A DNA stretch of 64,000 nucleotides from Deinococcota bacterium (GTDB taxonomy: Bacteria; Deinococcota; Deinococci; Deinococcales; Thermaceae): NCBI GenBank assembly GCA_041695225.1, contig JBGFRI010000011.1, positions 32,001 to 96,000 on the forward strand. Reading direction: 5' to 3'. Position 1 is the stretch's first letter; each line of letters starts with the position of its first letter. The notes under the pieces are model-generated. The model was not told the DNA's origin. It searched no databases and worked only from the letters and a program-made list of their open reading frames with translations. The translations under genes and the position numbers were made by a program. Below are positions 56,947-64,000 of the stretch, piece after piece.

Positions 56947-58656
56947 ATGTCACACCTGTTCACCGCCAAGCCGCTTCAGACCAGCTACAGCACACCACGC
57001 CGCAAGCGTCCTCCCTTCTCCTGGCTGACCGACGAAAGCCGGGCCTTTTTACGACAGGGCTACCTGCTGCCCGGCGTCACGCCGGAAAAACGCCTGCGGG
57101 AGATTGCCGAACGCGCCGAGGCACTGCTACCTGGTATGCACGGCTTTGCCGAGCGGTTTTACGAGTATCTATCGCGCGGCTGGTACTCGCTGTCCACCCC
57201 CATCTGGGCCAACTTTGGGCTGTCCCGTGGCCTGCCCATCAGCTGTTTTGGCTCGTATGTGCCCGATAGCATGGCCGGTATCCTCGGCACGGCTGCCGAG
57301 GTCGGGATCATGAGCAAGTACGGCGGCGGGACCAGCGCCTATTTTGGCGATCTGCGCGGGCGCGGCTCGCCCATTCGTGACAACGGCCAGTCCGAAGGCG
57401 CGGTAAACTTCATGCGCCTTTTCGATACCCTGATCGACGTCACCAAGCAGGGTGCGACCCGTCGCGGCTCGTTCGCGGCCTATCTGCCCATCGAACATCC
57501 CGACATCGGCGAGTTTCTGGAAATCCGCTCAGACGGCAACCCTATCCAGAACATCTTCTTTGGGGTAACGGTCAGCGACGCCTGGCTTACCGCCATGCGC
57601 GAGGGCGACCAGGAGAAACGGCGGCTATGGGCGCGGGTGCTGCAAAAGCGCAGCGAGGTAGGGCTGCCTTACATACTTTTTAGCGACAATGCCAGTCGCG
57701 GGGCCGCCGATGTCTACCGCGACCGGGGCCTGGCAATTCGCTCCAGCAACCTCTGTAGCGAGATCATGCTGCCGGTCACGGCAGAGGAGTCGTTTGTCTG
57801 CGACCTCTCCAGCATGAACCTGCTTTACGTAGGCGAGTGGCAGGATACCGATGCGGTGCAGCTCCTGACCTATTTTCTCGACGCGGTGATGACGGAGTTT
57901 ATCCAGCGAACCGAGGGCATCCCCTACTTCGAGCGGGCGCGGCGCTTCGCCCTGCGCCACCGCGCTCTGGGTATCGGGGTGGTGGGCTGGCACAGCTACC
58001 TGCAGGCCCAGATGATCCCGCTAGCGAGCCTGACCGCCGCGCTGAAAAACGTGGTGATCTTCCGTACCCTGCGCGAAGCCGCTTATGCTGCCTCGGCCCA
58101 GTTAGCCCGGCGCTACGGCGAACCCCCAATGCTGGAGGGCTATGGCCGCCGTAACGCCACCCTGCTGGCGGTCGCGCCGACCACCTCCAGCTCCTTCATC
58201 CTGGGCCAGGTCTCCCAGAGCATCGAGCCGCTGCGCTCGAACTACTGCGTGCGCGACCTGGCCAAGGCCGTAACTAGCTACCAGAACCCCGCCTTCAAGG
58301 CCCTGCTGGCCGAACTGGGCCGGGACACCCCGGCGGTCTGGCGGAGCATCCTGGAGCACGATGGCAGCGTGCAGCACCTCGAGTTCTTGGGAGCCGAGGA
58401 AAAGCGCGTCTTTGCTACCTTTTCCGAGATCAGCCAGCTCGACCTGGTGATTCAGGCCGCCGCCCGTCAGCCGTTTATCGACCAGGGGCAGTCGCTCAAC
58501 CTGCTGGTCCACCCCGAGACTCCGGCCCAGGAGCTCAATGCCCTCCACCTGGAAGCGTGGCAGCGGGGCCTCAAGAGCCTCTACTACCAGCACAGTATAA
58601 ATGCCGCCCAGGCCTTGGGCCGCAGCCTGCTGGTCTGCTCGTCGTGTGAGGCATAG
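56947..58656 (+). CDS. nrdA: Class I ribonucleotide reductase alpha subunit
   Basis: PISCF, SNLCSEI, VAPTTSSS, KSLYY, C-terminal CSSC. Confidence 0.95.
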   Translation: MSHLFTAKPLQTSYSTPRRKRPPFSWLTDESRAFLRQGYLLPGVTPEKRLREIAERAEALLPGMHGFAERFYEYLSRGWYSLSTPIWANFGLSRGLPISCFGSYVPDSMAGILGTAAEVGIMSKYGGGTSAYFGDLRGRGSPIRDNGQSEGAVNFMRLFDTLIDVTKQGATRRGSFAAYLPIEHPDIGEFLEIRSDGNPIQNIFFGVTVSDAWLTAMREGDQEKRRLWARVLQKRSEVGLPYILFSDNASRGAADVYRDRGLAIRSSNLCSEIMLPVTAEESFVCDLSSMNLLYVGEWQDTDAVQLLTYFLDAVMTEFIQRTEGIPYFERARRFALRHRALGIGVVGWHSYLQAQMIPLASLTAALKNVVIFRTLREAAYAASAQLARRYGEPPMLEGYGRRNATLLAVAPTTSSSFILGQVSQSIEPLRSNYCVRDLAKAVTSYQNPAFKALLAELGRDTPAVWRSILEHDGSVQHLEFLGAEEKRVFATFSEISQLDLVIQAAARQPFIDQGQSLNLLVHPETPAQELNALHLEAWQRGLKSLYYQHSINAAQALGRSLLVCSSCEA

Positions 58657-58658
58657 GT

Positions 58659-59645
58659 ATGCTGACCGACCGCAGAATCCACCTGAGGCCGGCGGAATAC
58701 CCCCAGTTTCTGGCTTACCGCGACGCCATCCGGCACTCCTACTGGCTGCACACCGAGTTCAACCTGACCGAGGATGTCCACGACTTTCGCGCCCGGGTCA
58801 GCGCCGCCGAACGTCAGGCTATCACCCGCACCATGCTGGCCATCGCCCAGGTCGAGGTAGCGGTGAAGACCTTCTGGGGAGACATTTATCAGCGCTTCCC
58901 TAAGCCCGAGGTCGCTGCGGTCGGCTACACCTTCGCCGAGTCCGAGGTGCGTCATCAGGATGCGTATGCGCACCTGCTCGAGCTATTGGGGCTCAGCCGG
59001 GAGTTCGAACGCCTGGACCAGGTGCCGGCAGTGCAAGGGCGGATTGCGGTGCTAAACGAGCACCTGGCGCAGCCACCAACTCTGAAAACCGACCGCGATG
59101 GTCGGGCCTATGCCTTTACCATCCTGCTGTTCAGCGTCTTCGTCGAACACGTTAGCCTTTTCGGTCAGTTTTTGATCATGAAGGCTTTTGACCGGGCCCG
59201 CCAGCTGTTCAAAGGCATCGCCAATATCGTCGAGGCCACCAGCAAAGAGGAGCAGATTCACGGCCTGTTTGGCTATCAACTGCTCGAGACCTTGAGGCTC
59301 GAGTTCCCGCACTGGTTCGACACGGCCTTCTTCGATGATTTGGCGCGGGCCTGCCGCCAGGCGTTTATGGCCGAGCGAGCAATCCTGGACTGGATCTTTG
59401 AAGATGGAGAGCTTGACTTCCTCCCTAAAGCCCAGATCGAAGCCTTTATCCAGCACCGCTTCAACGCCTCTTTACAGACAATCGGGCTGAGGCCGTTGTG
59501 GACGGTAGACCCCGCAGCCGTCGCCGCGACACATTGGTTCGAGGAGGAACTCTTGGCCGGTAAGCACCTCGACTTCTTCCACAAGCGCCCTACCGCCTAT
59601 GCAAAGAAGGTCAGGGCCATCACCGAAAATGATCTGTTTGTCTGA
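58659..59645 (+). CDS. nrdB: Class I ribonucleotide reductase beta subunit
   Basis: ESEVRHQDAY, EHVSLF, EEQIH, DFF…TAY. Confidence 0.95.
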   Translation: MLTDRRIHLRPAEYPQFLAYRDAIRHSYWLHTEFNLTEDVHDFRARVSAAERQAITRTMLAIAQVEVAVKTFWGDIYQRFPKPEVAAVGYTFAESEVRHQDAYAHLLELLGLSREFERLDQVPAVQGRIAVLNEHLAQPPTLKTDRDGRAYAFTILLFSVFVEHVSLFGQFLIMKAFDRARQLFKGIANIVEATSKEEQIHGLFGYQLLETLRLEFPHWFDTAFFDDLARACRQAFMAERAILDWIFEDGELDFLPKAQIEAFIQHRFNASLQTIGLRPLWTVDPAAVAATHWFEEELLAGKHLDFFHKRPTAYAKKVRAITENDLFV

Positions 59646-59790
59646 GCGGAACCTGTATCCCCGCAGAGGTAGTTGATGAGCCAAAACCAAAGCCGAGATT
59701 GCCCGGGCTCTGCTCGAGCAAAGGTAGGCCACAGACTTGGACCAGGGGGCAGCCGCTGCTGCCCCTTTGCTTTTTCTGAGGTAGTTCAGT

Positions 59791-59967
59791 ATGGTTGAGA
59801 AAAAACCGCAGTGGGACGAGAAGGAGTATTCCAGGCATCTACGTGAGGAAGGGCCCGGGCCAGTGAATGAGCACCCTAATGGTTGTTATCATTGCGGCTC
59901 AACCTGGCATATGAGCACCGATTGCCCCGAGGCCAGGAGTGACGGCTACTACGAGTCATTTGAATGA
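59791..59967 (+). CDS. 58-aa protein with a CCHC zinc knuckle
   Basis: GAGG RBS after hairpin; CYHCGSTWHMSTDC = CX2CX4HX4C; below the ORF-track cutoff. Confidence 0.6.
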   Translation: MVEKKPQWDEKEYSRHLREEGPGPVNEHPNGCYHCGSTWHMSTDCPEARSDGYYESFE

Positions 59968-59974
59968 GGTAAGT

Positions 59975-60379
59975 ATGCTAATTCATGGGCACGGCTTTAC
60001 AACAGATGAACAGATGTCTGGGGAAATTGTACTGGCCCTGGACGAGAATAACTGGGCAATTATCCAGCTAGAGCGTGAGCTGCTGGAAAGGGCTGCACAA
60101 TTTTTGAAGGGACAGGGCCTCGAAGTGATCCTAAAGTCGCCCCGCGAGATCGAGGTGCCAGTTTACAACGCCTCAGAGATAGCAGAGCTAGGCGACTTGG
60201 ACGACCTGGAGGATATTCCTTTGGAGGAGCTGCTTGAGAAGATGAAGCACATTGAAGCCCAGGAAGCTCTGGTGACAGTTGTGCTCGAAGCCGGACAGGC
60301 TTCATTAGAAGGACATACGCTCGAGCCTTCTTATTCCGGTCATCGCGAGCTGAGGCCCCTCTGGGCAATTTTGCCGTAG
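59975..60379 (+). CDS. Acidic hypothetical protein
   Basis: GAGG RBS; 134 aa. Confidence 0.55.
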   Translation: MLIHGHGFTTDEQMSGEIVLALDENNWAIIQLERELLERAAQFLKGQGLEVILKSPREIEVPVYNASEIAELGDLDDLEDIPLEELLEKMKHIEAQEALVTVVLEAGQASLEGHTLEPSYSGHRELRPLWAILP

Positions 60380-60452
60380 GTACGGAAGGACATCGTGCTT
60401 AGACCAGGGGGCGGCAGAAGCCGCCCCACTTGCTTTTTTGAGAGGAAAAACC

Positions 60453-61094
60453 ATGCAAACACACCCACAGATAGCTGCCCTGAGAGCGCCTTTGAGTGCA
60501 GATGAGATCGAGTGGAAGATCGTCTCAGCAAAAGATGGGGTTACCAGCGTTGCCCCTTATATTGACGCCCGAGCGGTGATGGACAGGCTTGACCGGGCCT
60601 TCACCCCGTTTGGCTGGAGTGTCCGTTATACGCCGGGCCAGGTTGGGCAGGAGTACGGGGTTATTGCGGCCATTGCAGTCAAAGACCCCACGACGGGAGA
60701 GTGGATCGAGAAGCAAGATGGTTCCGGGCCCTCCGATATTGAACCTTACAAAGGCGGTATCAGCGGAGCCCTGAAACGGGCCGCCACCGCCTGGGGGATC
60801 GGACGGGAACTTTATACCTATCCCCGGATAATCATCGAGGGAGAGCATAAGAAATGGATCCCCTTCAAGGTACTGGACCGGCTCAAAGGGTTGCCTGGGG
60901 CAGTAGCACAGGGTAAGTCTTTGCCTGCGGTCATCCAGCTCACTGCCGAGGGTGAACACTGGAACAGGCCGCCCAGGTCTACTAACACGCCAGAAGCTAC
61001 GCCTGCCAGAGTGCCTGCAAATGGCCCGGCTACTGAGATCAAGAAACCAGGTGTGCAGGGAATAACGCCTCGAGCACCAACATCGCGGTACTAG
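60453..61094 (+). CDS. Rad52/Rad22-family (Sak/DdrA-like) ssDNA annealing protein
   Basis: PYIDARAVMDRLD, KQDG, KGGISGALKRAATAWGIGRELY. Confidence 0.85.
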   Translation: MQTHPQIAALRAPLSADEIEWKIVSAKDGVTSVAPYIDARAVMDRLDRAFTPFGWSVRYTPGQVGQEYGVIAAIAVKDPTTGEWIEKQDGSGPSDIEPYKGGISGALKRAATAWGIGRELYTYPRIIIEGEHKKWIPFKVLDRLKGLPGAVAQGKSLPAVIQLTAEGEHWNRPPRSTNTPEATPARVPANGPATEIKKPGVQGITPRAPTSRY

Positions 61095-61124
61095 CTACCG
61101 CAACGCATCGGCTAACATTTTGCT

Positions 61125-61316
61125 GTGGTAAAGCAACGAAAAGCAGCTAAGGCCCGCTCCCATATCACCAGCCGGGCCCCGCTGCCTGGCCATATCCGGC
61201 GGCAGCTCTGGGTCTACGCGCCGGAGAAGGCGGTGCTTTGGTTTCGCAGTCTAGGCTCGCGGGAGATGGGCCGGATTATCGCCCGGCTGTACGACGAGCG
61301 GGATGGTTCAAAATGA
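61125..61316 (+). CDS. Small basic hypothetical protein
   Basis: 63 aa, ATGA-coupled to the next gene. Confidence 0.4.
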   Translation: MVKQRKAAKARSHITSRAPLPGHIRRQLWVYAPEKAVLWFRSLGSREMGRIIARLYDERDGSK

Positions 61317-62348
61317 GTTATCCCCACCCGGCCCTGCCAGCAGTAATAGAGAGCCTGCGTGAACTCGAGCGAGACCGCGCCCTGGTGGTAGACCTGAGCA
61401 AGGTGATCTACCAGGATCGGCCCCAGCACCCGGCAGTGCCAATAACGATAAGCCAGGTCTTTGAGTTGATGGCAAAGCACGGCTACCACCGGCTGCCCAT
61501 GCCGTCGGCTCTGATGTTCGGATCGATGGCCGTTGCCCTGGCTACGTGGCGACTGACCAAGGGGGCTTACCTGTTCGATGCCAGCATCTGGGAGCAGATC
61601 CGGGAGACGCCTTTGACGAAGCTACCCCAGGCCCTGCTCCAGCGCCTGCCCGAGCCAGCGCCGCTTTTGCTCTTCCCTACCCCACTGGACTGGTTAGGCC
61701 ACCAGGTAGATGCCGCCCACGCCTACTTTGACTGGGACAGCCGGGGCGAGCCTCACCTGGAGCTGCGCTTTCTCTGCTGGGTACGCCAGGAAGTAGGGCA
61801 TACAACTCTCTCGGTCGTCCTGGATCTGGACGCCGAGACCCTGGACGACTGCCTGGAGCGCACCATGCAGCGCACCTGGAAGGAGCTGGCTGGTGTTCCC
61901 AGGTCGGATAAGCTGGTGGGAACCCTTGAGGAGTCGAAGGCATCGGTACGTAACTTGCTCCTGGCACTGCTCAACACTGTGCTATTTCTCTGTCAGGAGG
62001 AGCCGGATCTCTCCGATACACCCCGCCAGCGGCCTCCATCACGAGCCAAGCTCAAGCTGTTGCAGACTCCCAGGACGCCAAGGGTCATTCAGACCGGTTG
62101 GCGGTGGGGGGGCTGCAATACGCGAGTACCAGGCCAAGCAGGTAGCCCAGGTAGGTAAAGAGACACTGCCCACCGGGCGGTCGGTGCAGCCCCATGTACG
62201 CAGGGCGCACTGGCATCTTTATTGGACGGGCGAAGGCAGCAGAAAAGACCCCAGTAAGGCAATGCCACGGCTAAAGTGGGTGGGAGCTACGCTGGTGGGG
62301 GGCGAGATGGAGACTGTGACGGTGCGGAAATTGAAGGAGGGTAACTAA
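61313..62348 (+). pseudogene. AcrVA2/FinQ-like protein, frameshifted at a G7 tract
   Basis: ALATWRLTKGAYLF…LP..LL.RLPE in frame 1, PHVRRAHWHLYW in frame 2; deleting one G at 62106-62112 restores a 344-aa ORF. Confidence 0.7.
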
Positions 62349-62608
62349 TGGACAAAGCAACATTTGTTTTATACCTGAAAAGGGCAAAAACATTCCGCAA
62401 GATTGACAGAGGCTCAGCAGCTCATTACTGGAAAGGTTACCGGTGGGGGTTGCACCGGCTTTACTACGGAGAACGGTACGGAACAACAGAGCAGCACCAG
62501 CAATTCCTGGACCTGCAATTTTCCTTTGATATGAAGGACCGGGAGATAAATCGCGGTTATCACGATGGTCTGGCGGGTAAAGCACCCGTATCCTGGGATC
62601 ATCAATAA
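62348..62608 (+). CDS. Hypothetical protein
   Basis: AAGGAGG RBS, TAATG coupling; YWKGY..GL.RLYYGE.YGT motif. Confidence 0.55.
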   Translation: MDKATFVLYLKRAKTFRKIDRGSAAHYWKGYRWGLHRLYYGERYGTTEQHQQFLDLQFSFDMKDREINRGYHDGLAGKAPVSWDHQ

Positions 62609-62640
62609 AGCCTTGACGTTGTTTATGGAGGGGGGTGGCA

Positions 62641-62906
62641 ATGAAAAACGCTACTACACTTACAGGGGAGCTATGACACGAGCGGAGATTGAGAAGGCGC
62701 TGGAGGCTCTGACCGGTTTGGGAGCTGAGCCGTCCCAGAATCTGTTCAACGAGCCACGTATTTGGTTTCAATACCGGGGTATCACAGGGTGCGCTTTGTA
62801 CTCGAAGGAAGACGGGTACTGGGTGGGCCAGGCCAGATATGGGGGGAGATTATCCGTTTTCACGGGGCTAAGGACGCGCTTTTTACAGCGTTTCAGGCCG
62901 CTGTAG
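62641..62906 (+). CDS. Hypothetical protein
   Basis: GGAGG RBS region; start uncertain. Confidence 0.35.
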
Positions 62907-62969
62907 ATGCACTTCTCTGACTTCCTTCTTACTTGTTAGAATTTTATCGAATCGTGCAGGAGGAAAAAG

Positions 62970-64000
62970 ATGGCAAAACTTCTAAGTATTAGTTTCTGGC
63001 TAAATGCCACTACAGACGAAGTGGCTAAAGCAATCGCGGAAGAGGACGTAAATGCCGTAGATGGCCTGGGTACTACACCATTGATTCTGGCAATCATGGC
63101 AAATGCCAGACCTGCTGAGATCGCTCTCCTACGAGAAGCAGGTGCAAAAGTTACTGCGGATAAAACCTGGACAGAGGAATACGTCCGCGCCCGGTTCTAC
63201 AACCCCAACGTGTTGCGGGCCTGGCAAGAAGACCAGGAACAAAACACAAAAGATAAAATGCCAACACGCGACTACGAGCACTACCGACAAATTCTTTTAG
63301 AGAGCGGGCACTACCGGGTGCTCGAGCGCTTCATTCCCCGCCGAGAATACTCCATTTCCCCGGAGGGTAGTGTGCTGCGTAAGGCAGTTTTCGTTGACAT
63401 AGAAACGACAGGGCTAGATTTACGCCGCGACACGATAATTGAATTCGGGGCAGTGCTCTTTACCTTCACTTCGGGCGGCCAGGTGGTGCGGATTGAGGAC
63501 GAATACTGCGGCTTCGAGGATCCGGGTAGTCCTATTCCATCCCGGATCACACAGCTTACGGGCATCACCAACGAGATGGTTCGCGGACAGCGGCTTGATG
63601 AGGCCCGGCTTGAAAAGCTGCTGGGTGAGGCCGATCTGATCATTGCCCACAACGCTGCCTTTGATCGCCCTTTTATTGATCGTCGGCTGGGTCTGGCGGC
63701 CAGACCGTGGGCTTGTAGCCAGCGCGAGGTGCCCTGGCAGGAGTCGGGCCTGGGGAGTACCAAACTAGAGTTCCTGGCTTACCGCTACGGCTTCTTTTAC
63801 GATAACCACCGGGCCCTCGATGATTGCCGGATGGCCGTGCATCTGCTGGCCCAGCCTTTGCCTGGGACTGGGCGTACAGCCCTAGCTGCTTTGTTAGACA
63901 GCGCTAGTAAGCCGGGTTACCGGCTCTGGGCGACTGGGGCTCCTTTTGAAGCCAAGGAGCTGCTTAAGAGCCGGCAGTATCGTTGGGATGCAGAAGCCCG
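62970..64000 (+). CDS. Ankyrin-repeat plus DEDDh 3'-5' exonuclease (DnaQ-like) fusion, truncated by window end
   Basis: AGGAGG RBS; DVNAVDGLGTTPLILA…LLREAGA in frame with VFVDIETTGLD, IAHNAAFDRPF, HRALDDC; missing from ORF track because no stop in window. Confidence 0.8.
   Translation, partial: MAKLLSISFWLNATTDEVAKAIAEEDVNAVDGLGTTPLILAIMANARPAEIALLREAGAKVTADKTWTEEYVRARFYNPNVLRAWQEDQEQNTKDKMPTRDYEHYRQILLESGHYRVLERFIPRREYSISPEGSVLRKAVFVDIETTGLDLRRDTIIEFGAVLFTFTSGGQVVRIEDEYCGFEDPGSPIPSRITQLTGITNEMVRGQRLDEARLEKLLGEADLIIAHNAAFDRPFIDRRLGLAARPWACSQREVPWQESGLGSTKLEFLAYRYGFFYDNHRALDDCRMAVHLLAQPLPGTGRTALAALLDSASKPGYRLWATGAPFEAKELLKSRQYRWDAEA

Larger units (their letters stand above)
26908..60427 (+). 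repeat. Dispersed intergenic GC-hairpin repeat family (~15 clear copies plus variants)
   Basis: Copies at 26908, 28292, 28861, 33040, 33611, 39646, 40936, 41330, 45830, 47102, 50102, 50388, 53507, 59742 and 60404; variants at 31876, 38691 and 54006. Confidence 0.9.

Noticed and set aside
26908..60427. Classical integron with attC cassettes
   Set aside because: No integron integrase in the window; the hairpins are ~25 nt and lack RYYYAAC/GTTRRRY boxes. The cassette idea is kept only as a hypothesis.
63311..63763. 150-aa minus-strand ORF
   Set aside because: It is the antisense shadow of the + strand DnaQ-like exonuclease.

Overview
GC-rich segment of a large conjugative plasmid or ICE, probably from a Deinococcota host such as Meiothermus or Thermus. 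The host call is inferred from an SlpA-type S-layer gene and many leaderless genes. About 1-23 kb is a divergent type IV secretion/transfer region: VirB9-, VirB10-, VirB2-, VirB3-, VirB4-, VirB5-, VirB6-like genes, a VirD4-type coupling protein, a lytic transglycosylase, a SpoIIIAA/Ycf45-type ATPase, a Replic_Relax-like candidate relaxase, many secreted proteins and an SLH protein. A Dam-type methylase and a ~1 kb array of GGACA/TGTCC motifs (24.0-25.1 kb) follow. About 26.9-64 kb is an almost entirely + strand 'leading/establishment'-like cargo region. It encodes RNase HI, a sigma factor, an SSB-like protein, SLOG, DUF4326, HoxX/HypX, a thermonuclease, an HD nucleotidase, an orphan HicB, ArdC, ParB, a macrodomain, a methylase plus SF2 helicase, a dnaN-initiator-DnaC-like module with iterons, NrdR-box/B12-riboswitch-controlled nrdAB, a Rad52-like annealase, a frameshifted AcrVA2/FinQ-like gene and an ankyrin-DnaQ fusion. 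The most striking unexplained structure is a family of ~15-18 co-oriented, covarying GC hairpins (CCAGGGGGC[A/G]GC-loop-GC[T/C]GCCCC) placed just upstream of RBS/start codons throughout the cargo region. Also notable are two candidate structured RNAs (one tRNA-like, one rod-like) next to the longest repeat copies, and a second covarying hairpin family with an invariant GTCCT loop. All family assignments come from motif recognition by eye; no searches were run.
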